A stretch of 64,000 nucleotides of DNA from Lepidodermella squamata (lineage: Eukaryota; Animalia; Gastrotricha), in NCBI GenBank assembly GCA_047495785.1, contig JBLDXI010000019.1, positions 1,984,001 to 2,048,000 on the forward strand, given 5' to 3'. The position numbers and the translations under genes are program-made. Shown here piece after piece: positions 50,628-64,000 of this stretch. Below the pieces are notes generated by a model. It worked only from the letters and a program-made list of their open reading frames with translations, was not told the origin of the DNA and searched no databases. Numbering within the stretch: the first letter of the stretch is position 1; every line of letters begins with the position of its first letter.

Positions 50628-53600
50628 AATTTGTAGAAGTTTTTATTCAATAATACGGTGTATATTATATATATATTGCGCTAAATTTCTCCAACAAAGA
50701 TCAGGACAGGATCGAATCAGCGCGAGACGGGGCTGGGTTGCTACTCATCGAGAATAAATTATATCGACGTAATATTCTTAAAAAAAATCTAGAAAAACAC
50801 AGGAATTTGTACAAATGTAAATACGTGAACTTTTTCAGTGTAAACGAACTGGATGGCGAGGGAAACTGGCTCAATTATAAGTAGTAAAGTAGACGCCACA
50901 ACGCAAATCAATGGCCGGATATTAATTTCGCTGTAGGGCTTTTGCTAGAGCTACCTACCTAGGTTTTAGTTATTACAATTGCGAATGAATGACGGCATGC
51001 CACTTCCGGCCGAACGCTAACAATAATACACAAAGGGATCAGGATCTGCTTTCTTCGCTATATCAAGGCTAAGGGCCATATCTCGCCAGTAAGCATGTGC
51101 GTTATTGAGGTAACGAAAAATCGGCCCGGCAATCATCGTATCGAAATAAACCTCGGCGGCACAAGTGCGGTTTGTATACAGTTATCTAAGCAAGGGGGCG
51201 TCTGGTCTAAGGTTCGCTCCAATGGTTAAATGCGCATATTATAATGCGATATATATATCGCTTGGTATAAGTATAATAAAACTGCATTAGGCGCCGCTTT
51301 TCGTCGAGAATACTCTATAGCAAATTATCAGTCAACCACTACTAGTATATTGACTGGAGATATCAATCTGAATTTAGTCCAGCGCGCACGCTCAGAAATC
51401 TCCCACACCCGCCGTTGTTGCAACAATGAGCGCATGTAAATGAATAAATATTACGACTAATATTATAGAGCAGAGTTATTATTATATCGGAACAACGCCC
51501 CGGAACAACGATGAAACAAACTTACATAGCTTTGATCATAGTAAGTGATGTTTTTCCGCGGCAACATTTCAGCAGTGGTACTACTAGGACTACGACGACT
51601 ACTACTACTACAACAGTGTATTAATAGGGCTTAGCGCTGCGATGCACTGCCGAAATTGCAAATAAATACGCATACATCACAGGGTGAAAGACGCGGCTCG
51701 GCCTGCGCGCTCGGATCCTCTTCGATTTTTAGCGACAAATACTAGTTAGCATTAGTACATTCACGACGCGCAAATTATTTCCCCGAAGGTAGTAGTAGTA
51801 GTAGGTAAATTGATAGTTTTGCCATCGTCAATTTTTCGGAGAGATAAATTTCGCTAAAATCAAAACGAACGAAAAATGTTGTTATTTACCTGTGTGTTTG
51901 CATCACGAGTGTAATTATTACCTATTCGCAGCAAACAAAATGGACGCGAACAGGAAATGCGAGATCTAACATAATGTGTGTGTGTGGAGGACGACTTAAA
52001 TCCGATATGATGAAAAACGAATGTGACAAGCGGGCGCAAAAAGACGGCGAATTTCCTGGCAAGAAAAACGTTGCTTTTAACAAAAAGCACCGAATTGTTT
52101 ACTCAAGTGCAACAAGTTTCGATCAATAAATTAATTCAAACAAAATAATATATTGTAAACCCACCAGATTGGGGAGCAAAAATTTCGGCCACGGGGACAA
52201 GAAAGAACCCAAATAGTCAAAAAGCAGTGACTAATTTTCGATTTTTAAGCCACTATACTATACAAAAAATTGAAAAATTGTGGGAAGTCGGCGAAGTAAG
52301 CATCATTATACATCATTCAAGATGGGATTGACCGTCATTGAAATTTTTTGAATTTTCATGATTTTTTTAACAAATGTAAATAATGTAATCTAAAAATCGA
52401 AATTTTCTTAGAATTAAAGAAGTAGCTCATGGTAATTTTCAATTGATTAAGGTGGATAAATATCGCTGATTTCCATTTCTTCGATATTGATAGAATCCAT
52501 TTCTTCGATTTTTTCCTAATTTTCTTGCAACTGCGATTCCATGTCAAACAAAAATAAAATTGACCCACTACAAACATTTAAAAAATAGAAAATTAGTAAT
52601 TCGATAGTGGGTCAAAAAAATCGAAATTTTCACGATCAAATAAAGAACAAATCTTGTATCTCAATTCTCTGAAATTCCAGTATGCCATCGTCATTCAAGG
52701 AAAAAACAGCATAAAAAGACCAACTGTTAATCCTAAAAATCCCAGAGGACACGAGAGGAATACTAAAACGGTTTAAGGTGGATTAAATACTTTTCTCTCA
52801 CCCGCTTTCCCATTAGCCATGTTATGCGATGCCAAGTGATGAAAAAAAGCAGCTGCCCTAGCGGCAGCAGATGTGACAAGAAGTGGCGGCGTGTTATCTT
52901 GGCGAAGAAAAGATCATCAGTTCATGTTAATAATATTAAAAACACAGATACATCTACAAAACTCGTGTGAATAGACTCTTATTAATGTAATGATGAATAA
53001 GAAACACCTCCATGTGTAGAGTAAGAAATTGACGACGAAGAAGACGACGACGATGAACCAGCAATGATGCGACACGTTTTTTCCCGTCGAGTGGTAGTAT
53101 ACATACTTGATGATGTTAAAATAATAATAATAATTTTTTGGATGGTTTGTTTGGCCACGGTGAGTGCAAATATGAAGATGGAAAAAGTGAGTATATAAAT
53201 ATACGTATTTTTAACAGCGGAAAAAACTGCCCCTATATCCAGGTATATAGTCCTATCACGCTTGAGACGTGCCATTTTCGCTAAAAAATGGTTACAGAAA
53301 CCAGCCTACCAATATTTGCCCACATTTTTACGGCGAAGAATATTACGCGAAGAAGCTGCAATAATTCGGCATGCGACACAACGACATGTTGGGATGGATG
53401 CACATTTTAATGTGCTTGTTCACACGAGAAGAATTAATACAACAATATTATTATCATAATTACTAATGATAGTGTTAAACGATGATTACGCGATAACCGA
53501 TGAGGCAAATTTAACCTAGTCACGCAAAACAGGTGAACTTTTATAACGCCGAATAATTTATAATACCTAAAAAATAATGACATTACTTGTGTCTGCGGCG

Positions 53601-56600
53601 GCGTTAATAAAAAAATTATTTCAATGAAATAAAAATAACGCTCCTTTTAAAAACAAAAACAGGCCTTTGCGAGAAAAGTACGTGAAACGAAAACAGCGAA
53701 AAATAACAACAAAAATGATACTATCGCGCGCTCAGGAGAGGGAACGGCGCAGAGCGAGCGAGAAAATGTGTTACTTTTGCGGTTGTGTTGAAAAAATAAT
53801 GCATTTTTGACGCTGTTTTATTTACGCCTATATAACCGGCTTTTACTCTCTGGCTGCTGCCTGCTGAATAATAAATGACAATATCAACATGCGTAAAAAT
53901 AGCAGTAGCCCGCGCGCGCGCAACTAGGTAGTAGTGGTAGGAAAAATGTTAATGCTGCTTTGTCCGGCGAGGTATATAGGAAGACGGCGGAAAGATGACC
54001 ACGCCTCGTGTTATTTACGCGGGTCACATGTGGCGTCTGACTGACTGACACCGCTGCTGAACGGCGCCGACACAAGTGCAGAATGTGTGAAGCTACAGAA
54101 GCCGGCTGTGTAAAACACCACAGCCAGGGTCGTTTAGATATCGTCGTCGCGAGTAAAACATCGAGACATCGAGCACTCGAATCATCATCATCGTTGCAAT
54201 GCAACTCAAGCCTGGCAATAAAACGGAGACAAAAGCCGGTGCTACACAGCTGCGACAACAATTAGCGGCGCCACAACAAATTATAGGTAGGTATAAAACC
54301 AGCCACCACCATCATTGTGTCCATCTATCGGCTCCTTGACACAGCGGTTCCGTGCCAACTGCGCTGCCCCGGAAAACAATTGGCAAATATTGTCAGAATT
54401 ATTATTGCCATTACTTAGCGCTTGTCGTTGTGGTGGTCGTATTGAAAGGCTCGCATGGACAAAGGCATGACAAAGCGCCGAAAAACCACCACCTCTAATC
54501 CGTCGCTATCGTTGCGGATAAGTAAAAATAAGGTCACTTGGCGGTGAGCGAAAACGGCACTCGAGCGCTTGTAAGCAAACACTGCTACCTCTATTCACGC
54601 TCCGTGACACGAATTGACTGCCCGCCTTTTCAGCAGCATCAATCACCATGTTTTTGTTGTGTAATAGCTAGTAAAAATTCTAGAAAACATTAAAAAACAT
54701 TGAGAGATAACGCAAATCCTCCTTAAAATAAACGTTTTATATAATATATAAAAAACCCATCATCTAAATAAGGCGCCTGGTGGCAAGAATGACCGTTGTT
54801 TCGCCATCAGTCAATTTTTCGCGTATTGTCGTTAGGTATCAAAAGCACAAATGAAGAGTAGCCGAATACAAAGAAAAAAGCATGTGTAAACACGAAATAA
54901 TGCGCATCCCCCGTGCAAGTAAACATACATCGGCATGAGTCGATGACGATGATGGTTTTCAATAAAACAAAAAAAACCACTAGCCACGCAGGTGCAAATG
55001 GGCGTTGTTTATCGAAATACAGAGTAATAAACTTGACCGCATGGCTTCTTGAGTTAAGACTAAAAGCGAAACAGAAACTGAACCTGGGAACTTGTGGTCA
55101 CTTTCAAGCCCCTTTCAAGGTATTTTGCAGAGAACGAGAAATTATTTGAGAAAAATATGAATAGAGGAGAAATTTAAAAAAGATCTACCCCACTCATGAA
55201 AATCCGCTTAGCGCCACATCGCTGCGCATCAAAAAATCCCATAGTGAACTTTAAAGCTGCAAAAAACCCAGAATTATATTTTAATGGCTCATACTATTAC
55301 ATGTAAAACTTTCAATACGTACGAATTCATCGCTCAATTTAGAGAAATGTAATATTTTCAACAAAATTTTCAAAAATTACCAGCAATTTTAACGAGAACT
55401 TTCTTGATAGCATTGACTAGCAAAAATTCTAGTAAAATTATATACATCAATCCATATATTGATAAAAAAAATGGCAAAATTTTGTGAATAGAAAAAATCG
55501 AGAACTAGTATAGCAAAAATGAGCGAAAGTTAAGGCAAAACGCTATGTCAACTGTGGATGCAACTAAAAATGAGAAAATACCATGACAAAACCAAGTGCG
55601 ATGAATTGCCTAGGCACGACAACAAAAACGCCGAGGGTTGGAAGGGCCGGCAATAGCCGGAGAGTTCATTAACATAAAAATGGGCGTTTTCACTCGCTCG
55701 CTTGTGTTCAATTCCCACCTAGCAACAACCTCGGGAGAGAGAGAGAGGGTAGGTACATGTAGTGGAGAGGCGCGATGTGACTGCTGAGCTAATTAGTCGC
55801 AGCTGGATGATGACCGCGAAACGAATGAAACACAACATACATACTAGAGCTAGAGCGCGCGGCGGGTTGTAATTGCAAATCACGAATAGAGCGCGAGAGG
55901 TGAGGAGAAAATAATATATTATATAGTAACTACTGGAACTAGAAAACAGCCGCCGAGCTGCTGTCGGACGAAGAAGAACACGCCGCTCTATCGAACTCTC
56001 GTTACAACGGCAATCTGCTGAAATGGGGCAATAAATAATGCTATTCGGTTGTCTGGGGGCGAAAATAATAAAAAATACCAATACAAATCACGGCCCCTGA
56101 TGTCTGCCTGCCAGCAGCTAGGCGCGGCATAAAACTCTGCTGCTGCGGCTAAGTAGATCATCGTTACACGCGTGAAGAACATGAACGAGCTTACGGGTAT
56201 AGCGCGTGCATAAAAACAGCGCACCGAATAATGGTATATATAGAGGCCGCAGACTGGGCGGGGGAAGGGTTAGCTCCACTACTACTACACACAATGGCAC
56301 TAAGCACACACGTGTTTATAAAGACTCGAGATCCGTCATTTTTTCGTAGTATATTGAACAATAAAGCTCGAGGCGCCGTTTATTGCGATGATGATGCTGC
56401 TGATGATAATGCGTGATGGATACTGCTAGTTGTAAAAACGCCGCCGCCGCGGTCAGCGAGGAAATCTAGCGATCTGAACCCCAGCTTCCGCGCCACCGGT
56501 TCGAGATAAAAGCGCACGCACCGCGGGCAAAACAGGTTTTATCTTGACGGTGATTTCACCATCCACCTCTATCGCATGAAAAATAAATCAATCAGAATGT

Positions 56601-58780
56601 AAGAAGAGCAACCGAGGCGTCGTCATCACCATCATCAAATTCCAATATGTATGAGGCCATTTCGCACCCATCAACGCAAACAATGGGGATAACAAAAACA
56701 AATAGTAATAATCATCGGCGCAGAAGATTTTGCCGAACGAACGAATGAACAAGGTTGTGAATAAATAATAACAATAATTACCGTGCTATAAACGCGTGTT
56801 CATTGCATATATCAACAAGCAGTGAAACACAATAAAGATACATCGTTTCTGTTGCTGCTGCTGCGCCACACAACAACAAACATACCGCGTTGAACCGTGC
56901 CGCCTGCATGCGAGGTGGCGTCTGTTTATACGCAGTCTGATGATAAATACCCCTTGTGTGCACCTCACGCGCTATAAATAGTGCACGATAAAGAAGGCGG
57001 CGGCGAGTTACTTACCTATCAAGCGAAGGTATGGCCATTTTTACAACCACTCCACTTACAAGGAACGCGATGGCTACACCGCACGAGAAAGTGGTTACCA
57101 CTCGACGATATCTACCGTAGTAAACTAAGTACCGTTAACAGTCAAATAATTTACTGTTGAAAGAGTTTGTAACACAGAATTATTGCCGTTCGACGAGTAA
57201 GAAAGCTCTCCATAGATAAAAGGTGCTGGGAACTAGAGCAAGTTAGTTAATGGTCATTCAAACAAGTTGACGCCGAGCGTGCGGTATAAAAAGATAAGAT
57301 AACGCTACTCATTATGAGAAGTATTAAAAGAATAATATCAAAATAAAACATTCATACTCAACGGCTCTAAATGCAATATTTACAGTTAAAACATGTCTTA
57401 AATAAACAAGCTGGAGAAAATCATCTTAGTTACCAACTTGGAATTTCAGTCAAATGGCACGTATGACGCGGGATTTTGCTGACCGAGACTAGGCCCAGAG
57501 TTACAATTCAGAAAAAATAGTAAAAAGCTGTACTAAATTGCGTAGCAAACTGCTCATCCACTTGAAGCAAGAGGGAGGACATAGAAATACTTAATAAGAT
57601 GTTGTGCGGTATTGCGTTGAGTTATTAATTGAGGTAAATGGTAAATCAAAACTACGTACATAAGTTCAAGTATTTACACATCAATACATATTACATATTG
57701 CTATAAAAGGCTCCACGAGCTACCAATTGAGAAAAAGAATCCGCTAATCTACTCGAGACAGTATACAGTGGGCCCTTGTCAGATAATTGTCCTAAAATAC
57801 TAAATGCCAAGATCAACTTGTTGATTGTAGCAAGAACACTGTTGGATGGTCACGCCTAGCTCCGAAACAAATTATCGATAGCTACAAATATAGACACACG
57901 TTAGCCTCCCACTTTCAATATTTCTGCTTGAATGCATTGATTGAAATGATTGAATTGAACGACAGATATCAAAAATAATGCCAACAATGGCATTCTACAA
58001 AATAATGAAACGCACAGCCAGTTACATCTATTCATCAACTAGCCGCACTAATCCCAAAGCATTGCTGATTCTAACAATTGCTAATTGCTAATATAAGCAG
58101 ATCTACTCTGAGAGGCATTCGTCATCGACTTCTACCAATTAAGAAAATGAACCAAACTTTCTTTACATAACAGAATGAGATGATGAAGTTGAAGTAGCCA
58201 ACGAATGGCTGATTGTTGACCAAAAGAAACAAGATCCATTCAGAATGCACTCTTAAGAGATGTAAAGCCATAAAAAATAGGTGAATCTCATCATCGGGCA
58301 GCGGCCGGCTGTGAAACGACTTGAACTTCCCCTTTATCTTGTATCTTGCTATTCGCCTTGCTCAGGAGACAATGAAAAACACAAGGTGCGAAATGCGAAA
58401 TAAAGGCACTCAACCCTGTGATTCTGCGCGATTCACCAGTACTATCGGCCAACTGTACCAACCTGGACACCCAAGGAGGGACCAGCAAAACAGGACCAAG
58501 CGGAAGGCGAAGGACACCCAAAAGCTAACTCTAGGAGGGTGCCAAAAAGCAAAAAGCTCAAAGGAAAGACTGCGCGGGCTTTTTATGATTCAGAAAATTT
58601 TGAGACTAATTCAAATCATATAAATTTGTTTTAAGCTAATTTATTAGCATTTTCATTATTTTCTGTGAAAGCTAGAATGATACCACGTGGTATGTTTCTC
58701 CGGTTTTTTGGCCCCGGACTTCGCCCAGTTTCGGAGAAAACCACGGATTCACGGAAAAGGTGTAACTTGTGAATGTGAAC

Positions 58781-60089
58781 ATGAGCTTAAGAAGCCTCCA
58801 ACAATGGAGAACGCTCTCTGTGATTACACAGCGGCGCTCCCTGAAGCAACTTACTTATGCTGCCTACGGCAATCCTGTCGATGTTTTGAAATTGGAGGAT
58901 GTGCCTCTGGGTAGCTCGTCAAAAAACAGCTCTCAGGTCAAGGTATTAATGGCACCCATAAATCCAGCCGATATAAATACGATTCAAGGTAACGCCTGGA
59001 TTTTGTTCACTCATTGCTCTAATTTGGATCATGGCATAAGGTGTCTATCCAATTAAACCACCCCTACCAGCCGTGCCCGGAGGCGAATGTGTTGCCGAGG
59101 TTATTTCCTCGGATAAGTTCCGCCAAGGTGACAAAGTTATTGTCTTGAAACTTGGCTGGGGTTAGTCTCGATTTTTGCATGTTGTGGCCCTTGAATTATG
59201 AATATTCGCGTAGGTTCTTGGAAAGAAGGCGGATTGATTGAAGATAAGCATCTTTATCCCATTTCAAAAAATCTACCTGTGGAAGCCGCCGCTACTTTGA
59301 GCGTTAACCCGTGCACTGCTTACCGGTTTGAAGAATAATTTTCTTCACTCTTCTTTATTGATTAACTGGACCTCTGAAATCAGAATGCTGAAAGATTTCG
59401 TTGCATTGAAGCCAGGCGATGTTGTAATTCAAAATGGTTCGAACAGCGGAGTAGGCCAGTTTGTTATACAGCTCTGCAAGGCTTGGGGTTTCAAAAGTGT
59501 TAATATTGTTCGCAACCGACCGGACATTGCCGATCTCAAGAAATACCTTGTTAATCTCGGGGCGGACATTGTTCTCACGGAAGAGGAGCTGTCCAAAGGT
59601 TAGATAGTACTTATGACTTATATCGAATATTTGAAAATTGCGATGTAGGATTTTCTAAGCTCGGGTTATCGCTGCCCAAACCTAGACTTGCTCTAAATTG
59701 TGTTGGTGGCCGCAGTGCAACTGAATTAATTCGAAGCTTGGCTCATGGCGGATGCGTGGTTACCTATGGTGGCATGAGCAAGCAACCGATCATAATTCCT
59801 ACTGCCCCGTTCATATTCACTGACATCAAAGCCTATGGGTTTTGGATGTCAAGGTTCGAACCGCATTAGCGTTGAGAAATTGCTTAATGTTTTCTCTCGC
59901 AGGTTCAAGGAAGAGAACGAAGGGAAACCCTGCATGGGTCAAATGTTCGATGAATTGAGCGATATGATGATATCGGGAAAGATTGTCCAACCCAAGTTCA
60001 AGCTATACCGTCTAGAACAATGGCGCGAAGCTATTGAGCAAACATTGAAGGGCTTTTCCAACGAAAAACACATGTTTTCAATGCAATGA
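58781..60089 (+). CDS. MECR: Mitochondrial trans-2-enoyl-CoA/ACP reductase
   Basis: Targeting-like N-terminus, MAPINPADINTIQG|VYPIKP, AATLSVNPCTAYRML, GDVVIQNGSNSGVGQ, LALNCVGG, VTYGGMSKQP; five short introns. Confidence 0.93.
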
Positions 60090-60142
60090 TATATCTATTA
60101 TTCATCTCCTTTAAATCGAATGTTGACCTTGTGATAGATTTT

Positions 60143-62745
60143 ATGTTGAAACTATCATCAGAGCTGTGGCGATGGTCGCTTCAAGCCAATACTTTGTTGA
60201 TAAGATCATCGTCAACCGCTATCAAAAAGCGCCAGCCTATCAATCGACTTTTAAACAAAAGGAAGGACCAGTATAAGCAAGTTACGATTCACGCTGGAAT
60301 GACTCTCCAACAATTAGCCGATTCAATGGAAAGATCAAGAGAACACGTTATTGAATGCTTATCTACAATCGGAAATCACGGCTTTTCTCGCAATAGACCA
60401 AATCAAGGTAATAATCTTTTTAATTGAGGACAATTTATATATTGTTGTTGAATGTTTGTTCCAGAAATTAACGATATAATGGTGATCCAAGAAGTCGTGA
60501 AAAGGTCTGGAATGAAACCTCTCCACGTCTCAAAACCGAAGGATGAAGTTGAGGAAATAGAAGAGATTGTCGATTTATATCCGCGACCTCAACCTGACCC
60601 GTTGATATTGCAGAAACGCCCGCCTGTTTTAGCGATTCTTGGCCATGTAGATCATGGGAAAACAACTTTATTAGACGCTCTTCGCAAGAGTTCTATAGCT
60701 CAAAACGAACCCGGAGGAATAACACAACATATCGGAGCTTTCCGAGTAGCGCTGCCTAACAATGAATCAATCACTGTTTTAGACACTCCGGGCCATGCTG
60801 CATTCAAATCGTTGAGGGCAAGAGGAGCTAATGCGACTGATGTTGCGGTACTAGTCGTAGCTGGAGATGACGGTGTTATGCTTCAAACGAAAGAATCGTT
60901 AGAGTTATTACGAGAGGCTGAGTGCCCGATAGTTGTTGCGATTACTATGACAGATCGGCCTAATTATGATTTGACGAGAACGAAAAGGCAACTACTTGAG
61001 GTCGGTCTGATTCCTGAAGACATGGGTGGCGAAACTCAGGTAATCTTGAACACTCCACATTTTATAACAAAATAATTCATTTTTTTCAATAGGTCATTCC
61101 GATTTGTGCACCGAAAGGTCAAGGCCTGAAAGAATTGGTCGAAGCGATAATCGCCGAGGCTGAACTGATCGGGACTAAAGGTGACCCGACCGGGCCAGTG
61201 GAAGGTTTTATCCTCGAGTCAACAGTCGCTGTTAATCGCGGCTCAATGAAAGCTGCTACCCTTCTAGTCCAACGTGGAACGTTGAAAAAAGGCGACGTTG
61301 TAGTCGCTGGAACTGCGTTATGCCGCGTCAAGTTAATTCTTGACGATAAAGAGCGGCAGGTGGATAAATTAGGCCCAGGCGAGGCTGGCGTGGTCTTTGG
61401 GTGGAAAGATATGCCCCCCGCCGCTGAACAGGTCCTCCAGGCCGAAAACGAACCTCATGCTGGTCGGGTAATAGCCTTCAGACGAAAACAAAAAATTGAG
61501 GAAAAAGCGTTGTCAGACTCAGTTTTCGGCCGAAGAAAAGCTGCGGCTGCATCAAGAACAGTACCGGAAAGAGCGAAAAGAACGGCTGGAGATGGGTTAT
61601 TTCCGTAAAAAGCCGAGTCTTGTTCAACGGCAGCCCGAGGAACGGATGGACTCGACGACTGGCGGCAGGCCAAAGTTGAATTTAGTCATTAAGGCGGATA
61701 CGGACGGGTCCATCGAGGCGTTACTTGGCGTGTTAGCGACTTATCGGTCTCAGAAATGTGATTTGTCGATAGTCCACTATGGAACTTGGCCCGATTTCGC
61801 CTTCAGATATCGAATTGGCGACTCCATTCAATGGTAAATTCAGATTTATGAGTTGAAAGTGAACAAGCGAAAATCGGGAAATATGCATATGTTCCACCGC
61901 TTTTAAGAAGAGAGACAACAATTGATTCACAGAGTTGGCTGGCTGTGAGACATTTGCAGCCAGCTTCACTCTTAAAAACATGAAAAAAACTCCTCTACTG
62001 TAAAATTTATGGGTCTTCCTTTGGAAAAAATGAAATTCAATTTGACAGAAATTTTAAAATTTTCGGGAAATTGACTAGAGCCTTGCAATTTGGTTACGCA
62101 ATAAATATTCTGATTTTTCCATTTTATTCATGTAAATCCCATTTCATTTATTCATTTTCTCAAATACTGATCTATCGTATTAAATTTTTATTGAGCTGAA
62201 ATTAAATCCTATTTCCATTAATTTCGATTAATAATTGATTTATTTAAATGTGAACAAAATGTATATTTTCAGCCATGATTGTGTCTTTCAATGCTGCGAT
62301 TTCGCCTCAAATGAAGGAGCAAATCGAAAGCAGAAGCCTGAAACTGCTCCACCATAATATAATCTACCGACTCATCGACGGGATTCGGGACGAACTAACA
62401 TCTCGCCTGCCGATGAAAGTTGTCGAAGAAAAACTGGGCGAGGCCACTGTGAAGCAGGTCTTCAAACACATCTCTCGTGAGAGTGAAGAAGGACAAATGT
62501 GGCCGGGTCACATGTCGACAACGGCCAATTGACCCGAAATGATTTGTATCGAATAACCCGCGCGGCGAGGTGGTTTTCGAGGGCCAACTTGTTTCACTGC
62601 GGCATTTCAAGCAAGACGTGCCGAGTATTTCTTCGGGGCAGGAGTGCGGCCTGCGATTCGGCGATGCTGTGATACCGGAACTGGCGATACTGTGCTTTGC
62701 TATCGAAAATCGTCGGTGCCAGATAAAATCGACTGGGAACCTTAG
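60143..62745 (+). CDS. MTIF2: Mitochondrial translation initiation factor IF-2 (several apparent frameshifts in the 3' half)
   Basis: [67 protein letters not shown]; N-terminal presequence-like segment. Confidence 0.92.
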
Positions 62746-64000
62746 TCTCTGAAGATTAGAATTTTTGTATTTTTTTGCCGTGATTATATGTTAAATAGGA
62801 AACGCTCAATTACTTGTTCAAGTTTGAACATGGCTGGAAATAAAAAGTTTTTGATTGCTTAACTATTTGCGTTTATTTTGTAGTTTATTTTTTTTAAATG
62901 AGCGAGGATAATAAGGAGGCTGGTTCTCCGACTAACCTGCTGGTCCGAATGTGAAATTTACGATTCAGCAGTGTTTGAAGGCTTCGCTGAAAATTGTCGC
63001 GGATGAAAATGAAGCTGAACATGTAATCGAGGTTGGTTATCAAATGAATCACTAATTGCTGGAATATGAGAATATGCGAAACAAATATATTATTGAAAAT
63101 TAGCAAAGGACCGATTCAGCAAAATCAATTTCAGAATAATTTAATCGTAAATTTATAAGTACTTGAGAAGACAAATTGAACTTGGTTCCGATTGGACGCC
63201 ATAAATTTAGCGTTCCATCACATTTCCAAAATATGGTTTTTGAATTTCGGATTAATTTGTTTTAATTTCGATTTTTCTGAATTGAAAATTTGAACTTTTG
63301 AATATCTATAGAATTTAGCCCGAAACGCCTAAACTTGGTGCTGGAGTCTCAAACTGTAGACCATTTTTAGTTGAATTACGCATTCAACTGCCCGATTTCA
63401 ATGCGATATGCTAATGCAAACCATCCCTCAACTTTTTGTTCATCATTTTAAATTTTCCAAAAAAATCCAGATCGGCCGTGGTATCGTAATTTTGCTGTGT
63501 TTCACCGCGGTGCGACGGAGCAAGCTGTCGATAAAGCAGGTAAAATATTATTGCTAAAATTCAAATATTCCGCCTTAATAATTTACGCCATTTTTTAAAG
63601 CGAAACTGGTTTTAGCGGCTAAATTGAGCGAGCCGAGTGAAGACGGATCCGATGGTTCGAATCAGGTGAAGTCGAAAACTCGAGGCCGGGTTTTCGATCG
63701 TCGAATTTGCCCGGCGATATTCTCGTCGTACCGCAGGCGACGCTAGGCGGCCGTTTCAAAGGCAACCAGCCGCAATATCACGCAATTGCGAGGTGACAAT
63801 TGCGAAACAGCTCTACGACAGATTGTGAACACCCTGCGCGAGGCCATGGCGAAAAGGCCGCAAAGTTGAGGCGGGTCGATATGGCGCTAGGCAGCCGTTG
63901 TCTATGGAAACCGACGGGCCTTATACGCATCTCATTGAACTGTGATTTTTTTGAATTAATCTTTTTCGTTTCGAGAAATAAATCGAATATTATTGAACAT

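Noticed and set aside
50700-57300. Numerous 60-125 aa ORFs upstream of MAP7
   Set aside because: Low-complexity, no recognisable motifs or consistent splice structure; more likely regulatory or 5'-UTR intron sequence.
57400-58560. Possible small gene, lncRNA or C/D snoRNA upstream of MECR (ATGATGA...CTGA on the minus strand ~58239-58294; short hydrophobic ORFs)
   Set aside because: No convincing rRNA guide complementarity, terminal stem or continuous spliced ORF could be established by eye.
63610-63690. GGTTCGAATC B-box-like sequence
   Set aside because: No A box at proper spacing and no cloverleaf.

Overview
Eukaryotic (invertebrate animal) genomic DNA with GT-AG spliceosomal introns; the taxon cannot be fixed from the sequence. 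There are three zones. (1) 1-28.5 kb is gene-dense with ~50-nt introns and holds lineage-specific-looking genes: two tandem fucosyltransferase-like genes, a signal-peptide + ankyrin protein, an Ig-domain membrane protein, a DUF1917/Bles03-like gene, and a same-strand array of seven highly divergent Cys-loop (pentameric ligand-gated ion channel) subunit genes with a gustatory-receptor-like (Grl) gene embedded among them. (2) 29-57 kb has long introns and holds an aryl hydrocarbon receptor (AHR) gene and a convergent MAP7/ensconsin-like gene. (3) 58.8-62.7 kb holds MECR and mitochondrial IF2, only 53 nt apart. Several non-autonomous transposons (Tc1/mariner-pogo-type, PIF/Harbinger-type and piggyBac-type MITEs, a SINE) are recognisable from TIRs/TSDs. 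The best candidate for an undescribed system is the channel array. Its subunits lack the neurotransmitter aromatic cage, carry a C-x14-C loop and four extra conserved cysteines, have minimal intracellular loops, diverge mainly in the ligand-binding loops, and are packed against a Grl. This is consistent with an independently evolved chemosensory receptor family, analogous to cephalopod chemotactile receptors (inference). Frameshifts in MTIF2 suggest the assembly contains indel errors.
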